DNA of 64,000 nucleotides from Hemiscyllium ocellatum (Eukaryota): assembly GCF_020745735.1 (NCBI RefSeq), contig NC_083401.1, forward strand, positions 137,265,740-137,329,739. The letters are read 5' to 3'. Positions 36,766 to 49,745 of the stretch are shown piece by piece. The position numbers were made by a program, and so were the translations under genes. The notes under the pieces were generated by a model. The model saw only the letters and a program-made list of their open reading frames with translations, did no database searches and was not told the origin of the DNA. Within the stretch, counting starts at the first letter, position 1. Every line of letters starts with the position of its first letter.

Positions 36766-37463
36766 ATCTCCATACACGATTGCTTTTAAATTGTCAAAAC
36801 GCGAATCAGTTGGAACCTGAAATTCATGAGAATTCAGAACCCGTTGAAAGTGTGCAGCCAAGTTTGGCAAAGTTTTAATAAAATTTACTTTCTTAAAATA
36901 TTACACAATAGGGAGAGGTAAGATGAGGAAGTGGCAGGTGTAGTTCAAAAAGATTAATGTTGGTCAAGTTCCACAAAGCTCCAATGAAATTCTAGAACCT
37001 AGTCTGGAATTTCTTTGGGGATTTTCCCAATCACCTTGTGTAACTTATTTTTTATAAGTTGCATTCGGAAGATTATCTTGTATGTGGGCTTCCATTCGAT
37101 GTGCACTTTATCACAAGTTACAGTTTTACTCAAATGACAAAGTCCATCTGTGGTAACCTCGCAGCAAATGCTGAGTAGTATTTCTGACAGGTCTCCGCAG
37201 CATCTCTGCACCTTAATGCCATATCAGTTCACAGAAACAACATAAGCAGCAGTTTATGACATTTCTCCTAGCTTCTATTGAAGCAGTGCAGAAGGATTAA
37301 AGACTGCTTCAGAAACTTGTACAACCCAAGAGCATTATAAATCCCATTCTACTTGGTTATTGATTAGCCCAAATAAAATAAAATAATGTATAGTAACTCC
37401 AAGTACAACTAAAGTTGCTATCAAATCTAGGTGATGTACCCAATTATTTATTAATGTACCCAA

Positions 37464-37593
37464 TGATTCCTGATGAAGGGCTTTTACCCGAAATGTCAGT
37501 TTTACTGCTCCTCTGATGCTGCCTGAACTGCTGTGCTTTTCCAGCACCACTCTAATCTCGACTCTGGTTTCCAGCATCTACAGTCATTGTTTT
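37464..37593 (+). ncRNA. Hammerhead ribozyme motif (family A) in a 130-bp TSD-flanked mini-element
   Basis: attc-CTGATGA(37470-37476)-a-gggc-tttt-accc-GAA-ATGT-C. TSD tacccaa at 37457-37463 and 37594-37600. Confidence 0.72.
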
Positions 37594-40500
37594 TACCCAA
37601 CTGTTTATTGGCAAGACTCCTCTTATGAAATGTCTCTTCTTGGCTGGTTGAAATCAGATGTAGCAGAGGAAGATTCCCCTTGTATTTTTATTTTTCTCTG
37701 TGAAGAGCTATCTGACTTCTATTTGTTTGCTGCTTATTATAGTATGGCTGCACTCTTCAGTTCAGCATGTGGAAACTGTGGATGCAGAGACTGTTCTAGC
37801 TTACTTAGAATTTTACATCTAATTCAAGAAAAATGTGATCAATATATTTATAATTCAGTCTTGAGTGGGGAGTTTCAATTTTACCTGATCCTAATATTTC
37901 CCTTTGAAACTGTTGGAACCGTGACTTTGTGTCCCTTTTGGCCAAGGTTTGAGTCCCAAAGGACAACCAAAATGATATTGTTCCTCAGGTACGCAACCGA
38001 AATCACAGAATGATTTTTTCTTGGGGGCTTCTGAAGTCTGCTGTCTGTAGTAAGTACAAAACAGTCACTCATTGTAATTTTCCCATGGTAGCTAGTTAAT
38101 GGACAGAGGGTAGACACACTGTGCAATTAAAGATAGTGGGTGGGCTCTTAAAATTGAAAGGTCAGTCAAAATCATTCCGATCTGAAAGCAGCAACAGGAT
38201 GCAATGCAAGTGAGAGAGAGGAGATGTCACAATTGAAGCACTTGTTCTCCAACTTATAGACCTCGAAATTAAGGTGGTTTTGCATTTGGCACCACTGTAA
38301 GGAGGGAGTCAATCATTTAAACCAGACCCCACCACCTCTAGCGATCATGAGGCTGACCAGAAAAATTGCATTTGACCTCCTTTAATTAGCCTAAATGAAT
38401 GTGATTGGTCACTCTTTATGTATGAGAGGATAACCCTGCCACACTCGCATCCTGCCTCTGTGAAAATGGCACATTGCAGATTGAAAGAAGCGTACTGCAG
38501 GGTGGTGGTTCTGTTTTTAGTGGCCCCTGCCCCCGTTTCCACTCCTAGCTCTACCAAGAGCTCAAAGTTGTGTATTTCCACAGGCCATTTTCTGATTATC
38601 CTCCTCGGACGCTCTTAAAAACCTAAAACAGTTTGTAAATCTAAAACAAAGTTGGATTGAATTTTGGTTGTGCGAAAAGCATTACACATGGCATACTTTG
38701 CTCTATATCTTTGTATGTCAGTGTTTAAAGTGGTATTGAATTGAAACATTTTGTATTTAAAGTAATCACTGCTGATAGGTTTGCCTGTTCAGTTTTCCTT
38801 ACACCAGCTTGAGGAAAAGTTCCAAAATATGCCAAAATTGGTTGATCATCATCTACTGAAGACAATTGCTTTTTTAAAATTTGGATCAGAAGAAGGAGTG
38901 CTTGTGGAGAAATGCCTCCTCTTAGAGAAGGGAGACCAATACGAGGAACCAGCAGTGTGTGGCTTTTGAAAGAAACAATTAAAATGAAATGTAATTACAT
39001 TCTGCTGACATGTTATTTGAAATCTTTTAGAACTATACACATGCAGCTATGAAATCTGACCCCCATTAACTCTGCCAGCTGTGTTCTGTGCAAAGTGGTC
39101 ACTTTTCTCAGCAAGAGTTCTTATGTTCGCATTGTAGGCATTTCTGAAAGCAATGCTGGAGCATCCCTGCCATTTATGAGCTCTCACTTCCTGCAAGGCT
39201 CAGAATATTAACTTTTAAAACAAAAACATGATACGTGATAGCAGTCCATGTGTCAGTGGTTGTTGGTGATTTATGCAGCTTTTCTGATGACAAAAGATGA
39301 CTTCTTGACCTTGGAATTAGTGTATCCTGATATCTGTGTTTTTTAAAGTGAAGTAACCATTGCTATAGGAGGAGAAACAAAATATTGGCCATTGTGTTTT
39401 CAGGACACATGGTCAGAGTCTTCTGTTGGCACAGCTGGAGAGTTTAACAAGCCTGTTTGTGGCTCAGAAGAGGGGGATTACCTACCTGCCACAGTAATCA
39501 GGGCCATTACACGACACCTACGGGGGGGCTGCTAGTCCAAACAAATGTTCCTTTTGGCCTCTTCGAGAATTCATTTTCTTTTTACTACTGATCTTTCTAA
39601 TCTCAGTAATCGTTTAATTTTTGCCATACTGAGAAGGTTAGGTTTTATATCATTGGATAAGGTGTGAATGTTTGGCTCTGAAATGTTCCAGTGTTTATTT
39701 CCCTCTCATACTTATATAAGTCTGATTCAAATAACTATTACTGGGAAATTAATAAGATGAGTATTTGGACTGCTCCACATACACTAAGCCTAAAATGGGA
39801 CCTTAGGTAAAAGTAATGTTACAATGGCACTAAGCTACCAACGCACACTATTGCTAAACTGCTAGATTGAATAATCATGCAATACCAGACACAAAGTTTC
39901 AGATTCCTGTTCTCCTTTCTGCTTTAGTGTTTGGAATAGGCCCTTCTGTCATAGGCCCATTGAGTTATCAGAGATCAACAATACTTTAAACAAGTAAAAT
40001 GACCTTACCTTTGTTTCTGTGGCTTCTGGACAAAAAAAAAGACACCAGATACAAACTTTGTACTGCTGGATGTCTTAAATGGTATTTTGTTTATACACAG
40101 TGCAAACATGACTGACTCATATTGGGGTCTTAATGTATTAATTTGGTGTGGTCATTTTTACACTATAACTTAAAGGGACAATGTTCAGAAGAATGGCTTA
40201 TATTACTTTGATTATACTGATGTCTGAACCTTTTTGTTGTTTGCTCATTTCTAAACTTATTGACAATTGTGTACAATGAAATGAAATAAGGCAAAATTTC
40301 TGCCAATTCCTGGTTGAAGTGTCCCAGGTTAATAATGGGAGATACCTGGGATTTAACTTTGTTCTGAAAGACTTTGCAGTTCCTCTTATTCAAGGAGATT
40401 CATGAAGAAAAAGTATTTTCTCAAAATGATTGAGACAAGCCATTTACCATAACCACAAGTATCCTCCTTTAGGAGAAAATAGATAAAGCAATAATATTAG

Positions 40501-41751
40501 AGAGGAACTTGGAGGAGGAAAAGAAAGAAAGCATATGTGATGATAATTTGGTACAGTAAATAACTGTACTATCAGCTATAAAAGGTTAATTAACAGAATG
40601 GTATGTAACCCTCTGTCTGTTGAACCCATTGTGTCATACAGTTTATTTGGAAACTATGTTTCTGACATAAAAGAATTGACACTCCACCCTCTGATGGAAA
40701 AAGAAGTAGGAGACAAGAAGGTGCCCCAAGTGGGTTGCTCCCCCACATCCCAGCAGCATTGAGAAACATCTGACAACAGTTTATTTCCCAGTAGAAGGGG
40801 AAGGAGAGGAATTGAATGGTTATGATTTCATTTCATAACATGTTTGTGGTTGCTGACATAAGTGCAATATGCATATTACAGTATATTTATTATGATAATT
40901 TTCCCAAAATAGATCTTATCAACTTTTCTAGCCTTTGCTATCCTCAACTAACTGGCACAAACCTTCCTGGTATAAATTTATATTTAGTTTTTGGAACTGC
41001 AGTGAACATTTGTTCAAGTAATGGTAGCTTTTTAATGATGGATTGTTTCATAAAGTGATCCACCAGTATTGCTGCACAGTCCTCTTGCTCATACATCCCC
41101 AGTAACTGGATAAACCTTAAAATAGCTACTAACTGTCATCTCTTACTAGGATTTTAAGTTCTTCTACTTTTTTGGACTATAATTCACTGCAGTTTTCTTC
41201 AGTTACACATTGTATGATGTAGGGTGTGAGATTTATATATGTTATCAATTATTGTAGGGTTTGGATTTTGAAGTAGTGACACGTAGTTTGGTCTATGTGT
41301 TTGAGAGAGTTTAATAATTAACTGGTCAGCCATTCTGGAGCCATGGTCTTAAAAACAAGTATGGGTGAAAGAATAGCAGTTAGAGTGATAATGGAAATTT
41401 GTTATTATTGTGGGAGTTTTAAGATAAAAGAGAGCAAGCATTGAAGAACACTGGCTTGCTTTTAGTTTATCAGAAACAAAAAATTATGTTTTATTTTGCT
41501 TAAGGGTAAAAAAACCGATATATTGATAAACTTTTGTTTCCAGCTCACAGGAGGTCTAGCTGAAATTAGATGTCAAGACAGTTTCAGCTGGAGAAAGGTG
41601 TGAATTCAGAACAGTGAGGGAATTGGTTACCTTAGTGCAACAGTTTTAGTTTGAAAATTACAGACTAGAAGTATTTGTTTAGAAACCGGAGTAGGTTATT
41701 TGAAGGCCAGAAAGTTTTAGTTCAGTTGTGTGATTGAACAAGGAAAATGCT

Positions 41752-41839
41752 GAAAATGTGTTGCTAGAAAAGCGCAGCAGGTTAGGCAGCGTCAAAGGAG
41801 CAGGAGAATCGTCGTTTCAGGCATAAGCCCATCTTCAGG
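41752..41839 (-). mobile_element. Family A hammerhead mini-element
   Basis: TSD aaggaaaatgct at 41740-41751 and 41840-41851. Minus strand cCTGAAGAtgggcttatgcctGAAacgacgattctcc. Confidence 0.8.
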
Positions 41840-42136
41840 AAGGAAAATGCTCCCAACTTTTCAATACTAGGAATTGAAAGAAACAGGTGAGTCAAAGTTA
41901 AGTGTGATAGAGAAAGGAACTGTCTCTTGTATTTGAGGACTGGAAAGTGATGTTGGGAAAGATGGATTTTATTTTGTTGTGTATTTTAAAATCTTTCAAA
42001 TTGGGTTATGTATAAAAAGTTTGATTTGTTCCTTTTTATTTTCATTTCTTTGGCTTAACAAACGTGTGTTTTATTGTTAACACCAGATTGAATGCTTGTG
42101 TTTCACTGGAAGATCATCTAGGTGTATATGGACAAT

Positions 42137-43944
42137 AGGCAAACACGAGGGCTGGCACTGCCCAGAAGGACCTCTCTCGGTGGTCCAAAGCTCTGTCTCC
42201 ATTATCATGAAAACAGGAAGGCTCTTTAGCTCTCACTCCACAGCATCCTCAAGCACTTCCCCCCCCCCCCCCCCCCCCCCAACTACCACAATGGCTTCTC
42301 AAATCCCTCATGCCAACCTATGCCTCTCTACCCTCTCATTGCACATCATATCCTCTGTATCAACATGTGAGACCCACTCATCCCATTGCCATGTGTAATG
42401 CCCTTACCAAAATAGTGCCATCTCATGCCCCTTCCTGTTACCTTTTTCTCTTATACTCTCTATTACAATTCATCCAGACTTCATGACCACGTTGAGATGA
42501 AATGAAGTAAAGTTCTAATATCTTCACTACGTTCACTAAATATTACAAAATCTTATTGTTTAAAAACCCATTGTGGTAGTTGGGGTGGGTGGGGGGTGGG
42601 GGGGGGGGGTGGGGGTTGTGGGTGGCGAGGTGGGGAGTGCATGGAGTGACCAAGTATATCCATGGAGTTCTTTCACCAAGTATATCCAAAACTAACACTC
42701 AAATTGTGAATGGTAATTAGAAATGAAAGTCTATCTGTCATTAAATGACATCATGGATGAGCTGCCTCTGGACTCTATGCATATACATTGGCTCCATATC
42801 CCTATCATTCCTTATCGTGCAAACACCTTCTTAACTACACTTTTAAATCAATAACTGATCTAGTAGGTAAAGCTCTTTAAAATTATTTGTTCACAATATT
42901 TCCACTGAACAGGGCAATGGCTGTTGCTAACATCGTTGGTTCTTATCCTGTACATCTCTATTCTATCCCTGGTCTCTGTGTCCTGTTGGTGTGAATGAGA
43001 TGGTCAGTGATGTGGCAGGGAGGTGCAGAGCAAATAGGCAGGAAATGTGTTAGGATGGTCAGGGAGCATCCTCACATGGGTGGTTTTTGTTGCAGCTCCA
43101 CCCTTACAGGTGGAGACACTTACCCTGCCCTGTCTGGGTGTGACTGTAGCTATTTTCTTCCCCATTGCACATTTTCGATTTCCAGCACCCTGTAAGATAA
43201 CAGTGAGTGCTTCTCAGCCTTTGGCTTTCAGACTCCTCCTATGTTGCACTGATTGTCAAATCCCCATCCTTGTATGTTATGAGGGCTATCAGCTTGGAGG
43301 AAGTTATGTTGGTCAAGCAGAATAAGTGGAAGATGCACTGTTTGTCATGGAGAACAGAGAGAGTGAGCCAAATTTCCTCTCCTAAGTTGGATGCACAAGT
43401 CAGGAAATATCTCAATACTGCAAACCTGCCTCTGGAAAAATTTCCTTGGATGGCTGAAATCTTATACCAGGGATCCAACGGACACTGGGTTGCTCAGAGG
43501 CAAACACGAGGGCTGGCACTGCCCAGAAGGACCTCTCTCGGTGGTCCAAAGCTCTGTCTCCATTATCATGAAAACAGGAAAGCTCTTTAGCTCTCACTCC
43601 ACAGCATCCTCAAACACTGTCCATGCCATTCCATGCACACCCACCCCCCACCAACTACCACAATGGCTTCTCAAATCCTTCATGCCAACCTATGCCTCTC
43701 TACCCTCTCATAGCACATCATATCCTCTATATCAACATGTGAGACCCACTCATCCCATTGCCATGAGTAGTGCCCTTACCAAAATAGTGCCATCTCATGC
43801 CCCTTCCCGTTACCTTTTTCTCTTACACTCTCTATTACAATTCATCCAGACTTCATGACCACGTTGAGATGAAATGAAGTAAAGTTCTAATACCTTCACC
43901 ACGTTCACTAAATATAACAAAATTTTATTGTTTAAAAACCCATT
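42137..43944 (+). repeat. Dispersed direct duplication of about 440 bp (42137-42572 and 43498-43944)
   Basis: Near-identical sequence from aggcaaacacgagggctggc to tttaaaaacccatt. Confidence 0.95.
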
Positions 43945-44984
43945 TAATTCAGTTAAATTCAGTTGAATTATCCTCCAGAAGAACATTCTGATATTTTGGA
44001 GGAACATATGTATTTGACAGTCAAAAAAAATATATCTTGGGATTTGGAACCAAATTAAAATAGTTAAATGGAAATGCACAGTTTCTAACTTTTATAATAC
44101 ACATCTGTTTGAGGATTGAACAAACAATTCATCAAGAAATTGAAGCCGGTGTCTACCTTAAAAAATGTGTTCTTTAAACAAACAATTTTATCTTGGTTAG
44201 TGACTTAAAGCTTGGAGAACATTTGGGATCCAATGATCTCTGTAGTTTTAGATTTAGGTTTGTTATCACAACTAAGGCCAGAATAACAATGATGTAGTGC
44301 AGAGTTTCATAGATTGGCAGATTTGACAGCCATACAATATTAATTGGGAAAAGTTATTTAAAATGGAATGACAGTAAGCAAATAATCTAAAAGTTAGGGG
44401 ATCTTTTGGGAGATATATCCGCAATAAAGCAATGCTTGTGCCAAGAAGAAAAAGGAAAGAAACGTTGAGGAATATGTACTTGACTGGAAAAATACCAAAT
44501 TGTAGGAAGATGAAAAGAAACATTGCTGTGAAGAGAGACATGTTGTTGAACCTTTTCATCTTATATTCACCAGGGCATTTGAAGAACACCAAATTTCAAT
44601 AATCAAAATAACTTATGCTACCAGAGAAAACTTACTGATTGGTTGGCAAGTCAACTCTGGCTGAAGTGTTACAATGGAGAAAGCAACAGGGAAATCCATA
44701 TTTTGTAAGCTCCCTAGTAATCCATAAAAAGGTGCAAGGCATTTGTTTGTGAACAATAGATCTCTGCATATGAATGTAGATCTTTATTAACAAGTATAGA
44801 TGCTACAAACTTACCAGTTTATCTTGAATTATTTACTAGTATGGTGATTAACACAACCAGGATTCTTAATCAAGTGCTGACTAATTATAGAACCCTTTTA
44901 ACAGCAGATGGTTTGTTTTGGGTTTTGTAAGTGTAGGCCTGTTCTCTGGCTGCTAGAAACAACTGAAGGTGGATACTAAATTGA

Positions 44985-45740
44985 AGCAAGGAATTGCAGA
45001 TGCTGGAGATTTTTAGATTAGATTAGATTCCCCACAGAATGGAAACAGGCCCTTCGGCCCAACAAGTCCACACTGACCCTCTGAAGAGTAACCCACCCAG
45101 ACCCCTACCCTATATTTACCCCAGACTAATGCACCCGGAACACACCCATGCAGACATGGGAGAATGTGCAAACTCCACAAAGACAGTTGCCTGAGGCCGG
45201 AATCGAACCCAGGTCCTTGGTGCTGTAAGGCAGCAGTGCTAACCACTGAGCTACCATGCTGCCTGGACCTGAAACAAAAAACAGAAATTGCTAGAGAAAT
45301 TCAGCGGGTCTGACAGTGTCTGTAGAGAGAAAATAGAGATAACATTTCGAGTTAATAACTGTAGGTAGTTAGGAAAAGGTGGTATTTCTGCTGATGGGGA
45401 GGAGAGTGAGGGAGAAGAGAGAGCAGAGTGGATTAATGGAGATGGATCCCAGAGAGCGATGAAAGGGGTAGGTAAACAAGATTATGGATAGCTGGCCAGG
45501 ACTGAAGAAAAGCTGATAATTAGTGCTAAGAGTGAAAACATGGGTGACCTGTGCTGAATGCAGTATTCCAGTGGACCTCTGCACTAGCTCAAAGAACAAC
45601 ATCTGCTTTCCCATTTGGGAACCCTGCAGCCTCTAGGGCTCAACATTGAGTTCAGTAACTCTAGAGCCTGATTTCATCCTTCCATGTTTTTGACCCCCGC
45701 TGCACCTAGTCCTGTTATGACATGGATTGCCTTTAGCACA
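44985..45740. mobile_element. Penelope-like family C remnant (minus-strand tail plus plus-strand GIY-YIG end), interrupted by HE1
   Basis: Tail at 44985-45012 and 45265-45355. 45590-45660 reads EQHLLSHLGTLQPLGLNIEFS, similar to the GIY-YIG C-terminus at 17590-17650. Confidence 0.65.
45013..45263 (-). mobile_element. HE1 SINE (internally deleted)
   Basis: Homology to the other copies, with an (AATCT)3 tail. Confidence 0.87.
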
Positions 45741-45835
45741 GTCGTCCAAGGCCCATTGTTAAATTATGTAGGATGCATTCAGCACAGCCTCACATTTTAA
45801 TTCATTGAACTGGGTCTGCAGGACTGCCAGTGACC

Positions 45836-45970
45836 AACCTGGAGGAAACCCACGCAGACACGGGGAGAATGTGCAAACTCCACACAGACAGTTGCCCAAG
45901 GCCGGAATTGCACTCAGGTCTCTGGTGCTGTGAGGCAGCAATGCTAACCCCTGATCCACCGTGCTGCCCC
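45836..45970 (-). mobile_element. HE1 SINE 5' half
   Basis: tRNA-like head and part of the V-domain only. Confidence 0.85.
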
Positions 45971-46249
45971 ATCGATTGTTTCAGGTTTTAGATTTAGGTT
46001 TGTTATCGCAACTAAGGCCAGAATAACAATGAAGGAATGCAGAGTTTATTCAGTGTGTTTGCAGCGTAAGCAGCTAACATGCGCTAGTGTGAGAATGATG
46101 TCATACAATGCTGTTTGAAACAACCACCCCCTTGACAAATCATTGCTAGCAACGAGGACAAGCTGCAAGTGAGCATCCAAGTAGACACAAAGCAGGTGAA
46201 CACAAAATAAGCAAGCAAGCACTGCTGAAGTGAAAGCCTTTGTAGTATT

Positions 46250-46405
46250 TAAGAAGTGTTTGGATGTACACTTACAATGCCAAGGCATCCGAGGCGAGAC
46301 CAAGTGCTGGAAAATGGGATTAGTATTGTTAAGTTGTTGATTCTGCACTGGTCAAACGCAATGGGCCAATGACCCTTCTTCTGTGCTGTAGGCTTTTTAT
46401 GATTC
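46250..46405 (+). mobile_element. CR1 3'-end fragment
   Basis: tttaagaagtgtttggatg...gctggaaaatgggattag...atgggcc...ttctgtgctgta...tatgattc. Confidence 0.6.
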
Positions 46406-47287
46406 GAAGTGTCCTGAAAGGGCTCCAGTTCCAATGAGTGAGATGAGCACCAGTTCATGGCCACAGCATTGCAGAGTGAGGTTTCGATGAGCTCGCAAAT
46501 GCAGAACTGATCTGTATTCAAAGTGAGTCTGAGATATTCCATGATGATGGTGATGATACTGTGAGGCTTGTGTGTGTCCATTGCCACCCTGTCTGGACTA
46601 GGGGATTGCAGGCAGTTTCTGCCCATGGGGCATGTCCTGAGATTTTGAGGAATGCTGGCCAAGATGGACCCCCCTGAGGAGCAGGCAGTGAGCTGGAGCT
46701 GCTCAGACCACCATGTCTGGAACCATCAGTGTATAGTTTCTGCCTAGGGAAGTAACAGCTTATGAATTGAGAATATTTAATAATGAGATGTTAATACATA
46801 CAAACCAAGCCCTCGCTGCTCATGGGAGAGATTCGCATTTCGCTAGTAAAACTAAAGGTGGAGACAATGTTTTTTTTTGATATTGAGAATCTCATGTCAT
46901 TTTGGATTGGTGGCAACATCCTGTTAATAGAAAAAACCGCTAGTGCAGCCTGCCCAGAGTAATTGTGAAACAGCTTACTTCATTTGTTGTTCAAATTTTT
47001 TGGGTGCCTTGTCATTCTATGGTCTAAGGAAGGTTTGAAAGGTATGGCCTATGTTGAATAAGGCAGTTGGCTTTAAAAGTTTAACCTTGAAGCCTTCATA
47101 TCATCCTGCCCATTGTTTTTTGTAATTGTTCCAATCTGTTTGTCTCACCTCTACTGTTTACAATCTATAACTTAGGTTAGCCTAAAAGAGACAATGTCAC
47201 TTAACAATAAGGATAATGTAGTGAAGCAATCTTAAGCTAACGTCACATAGTTTATTACTGTCGCAAAGATATTACAACTGTTGTTCT

Positions 47288-49745
47288 AGGGGATTTCAAC
47301 ATGCAGGTAGTCTGGGAGATGGTACTGGACCCCCAGAAAGGGAGTTTGTGGAGTGCCTCCGAGATGGATTCTTAGAACAGCTTGTGCTGGAGCCTACCAG
47401 GGAGAGAGCAATTCTGGATCTGGTGTTGTGCAACGAACTAGATTTGATCAGGGACCTCGAAGTAAAGGAGCCATTAGGAAGTAGTGTCCACAATACAGTA
47501 AGCTTTAATCTGCAGTTTGAAAAGGAGAGGGTAGAATCGGAAGTGACAATATTTCAGTTGAATAAGGGGAACTGTGGAGCTATGAAGGAGGAGCTGGCCA
47601 AAGTTCAATGGTGCAATACCCTAGCAGGGATGGCAGTGGAGCAACAATGGCTGGTATTTCTGGGTATAATGCAGAAGGTGCAGGATCAGTTCATTCCAAA
47701 AAGGACGATCCTAAGGGGAGGCCAGGGTGGCCGTGGCTGATGAGAGAAATTAAGGACCATATAAAGACAAAAGGGAAAAAGTATAACATAGCAAAGATGA
47801 ATGGGAAATTGGAGGACTAGGAAGCTTTTAAAGAACAACAGAGGATAACTAAAAAGGAAATAAGCAAAGAAAAAATAAGCTACGAAGGTAAAATGGCCAA
47901 AAATATAAAGGAGAATAGTAAAGGCTTTTTTAGGTATGTGAAAAGAAAAAAAAGGTTAAGACTAAAATTGGGCCCTTGAAGACAGAAACGGGTGAATCTA
48001 TTACGGGAAACAAAGAAATGGCAGAAGAGTTGAATTGGTATTTTAGATCTGTGTTCACTGGGGAAGTCATGAGCAATCTCCCAGAGGTAATAGTGGCTGA
48101 AGGACCTGAACTGAAGGGAATTTATATTAGGCAGGAAATGTTGTTGGAGAGACTCTTAGGTCTGAAGGCTGATAAGTCCCCAGGACCTGATGGTCTGCAT
48201 CCCAGGGTACTGAAGGAGGTGGCTCTAGAAATCGTGGATGCATTGGTGATCATTTTCCAATGTTCTATAGATTCAGGATCAGTTCCTGCGGATTGGAGGG
48301 TGGCTAATGTTGTCCCACTTTTTAAGAAAGGCGGGAGAGAGAAAACAGAGAATTATAGACCAGTTAGTCTGACCTCAGTGGTGGGAAAAATGCTGGAGTC
48401 AGTTATAAAGGATAAAATTACGACACATCTGGATAGCAGTAACAGGATAGGTCAGAGACAGCATGGATTTATGAAGGGGAAATCATGCTTGATTAATCTT
48501 CTGGAATTTTTTGAGGATGTAACTCTGAAGATGGACAAGGGAGATCCAGTGGATGGAGTATACCTGGACTTTCAGAAAGCCTTTGATAAAGTCCCACATA
48601 GGAGGTTAGTGAGCAAAATTAGGGTGCATGGTATTAGAGACAAAATACTGACATGGATTGAAAATTGGTTGGCTGACAGGAAACAAAGAGTAGTGATAAA
48701 CAGCTCCCTTTTGGAATGGCAGGCGGTGGCCAATGGTGTGCCGCAGGGATCAGTGCTGGGACCGCAGCTTTTTACAATGTACATTAATGATATCGATGAA
48801 GGTATTAAAAATAATATTAGCAAATTTGCTGATGATACAAAGCTGGGTGGCAGGGTGAAATATGAGGAGAATGTTAGGAGAATACAGGGTGACCTGGACA
48901 GGCTAGGTGAGTGGATGGATGCATGGCAGATGCAGTTTAATGTGGATAAATGTGTGGTTATTCACTTTGGTGACAAGAACAGGAAGGCAGATTACTACTT
49001 AAATGGAGTCAAGTTAGGTAAAGGGGCAGTACAACAAGATCTAGGTGTTCTTGTACATCAATCATGAAAGCAAGCATGCAGCTACAAAGGCAGTGAAGAA
49101 AGCTAATAACATGCTGGCCTTCATAACAAGAGGAATTGAGTATAGAAGCAAAGAGGTCCTTCTGCAGCTGTACAGGGCTCTGGAGAGACCGCACCTGGAA
49201 TATTGTGCGCAGGTTTGGACTACAAATTTGAGGAAAGGCATTCTGGCTATTGAGGGAGTGCAGCGTAGGTTCACGATGTCAACTCCCGGAATGGCGGTAC
49301 TATCTTACGCTGAAAGATTGGAGCGACTGGGCTTGTATATGCTTGAGTTTTGAAGGCTGAGAGGGATCTGGTTGAGACATAAAAGATTATTAAAGGATTG
49401 GACACTCTGGAGGTAGGAAGCATGTTTCCGCTGATGGGTGAGTCCCAAACCAGAGGACACAGTTTAAAAATAAGGGGTAGGCCACTTAGAACAGAGTTGA
49501 GGAGAAACTTCTTCACCCAGAGAGTGGTGGGTGTATGGAATGCTCTGCTCCAGAAGGCTGTGGAGGCCAATTCTCTGGATACTTTCAAGAAAGAGTTGGA
49601 TAGAGTTGTTAAGGATAGTGGAATCAAGGGTTATGGGGATAAGGCAGGAACAGGATACTGATTGAGGATGATCAGCCATGATCGTAATGAATGGTGGTGC
49701 TGGCTCGAAAGGCAGAATGGCCTACTCCTGCACCTATTGTCTATT
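47288..49745 (+). mobile_element. CR1 LINE, about 2.45 kb, 5'-truncated; ORF2 (end of APE plus RT) with a few disruptions
   Basis: ORFs 47348-47740 (EPTRERAILDLVL), 47976-49067 (363 aa: KSPGPDG, NYRPVSLTS, QHGF, YLDFQKAFDKV, GVPQGSVLGP, FADDTK), 49045-49353 and 49398-49661. Tail cctattgtctatt. Confidence 0.93.

Larger units (their letters stand above)
35068..36771 (-). mobile_element. Full-length ORF1-only L1-clade element (HAL1 / half-L1-like), about 1.7 kb
   Basis: Perfect 16-bp TSD atacacgattgctttt at 35052-35067 and 36772-36787, TTT/AAAA target on the minus strand, 5' end GGAGATCCAAGATGGCGGCG, AATAAA (plus tttatt 35081-35086) and a short poly(A). Single long ORF. Confidence 0.9.

Noticed and set aside
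37516-38013. 165-aa ORF
   Set aside because: It starts inside the family A mini-element and runs into intron sequence, with no recognisable domain or splice support.
41250-42720. Possible long solo LTR (similar impression for about 4400-5680)
   Set aside because: LTR-like composition only. No convincing TG...CA ends with a TSD could be fixed.
47976-49067. Active CR1 reverse transcriptase gene
   Set aside because: The element is 5'-truncated within the endonuclease and ORF2 is broken by frameshifts and stops (about 47700-47820, 49067, 49353).
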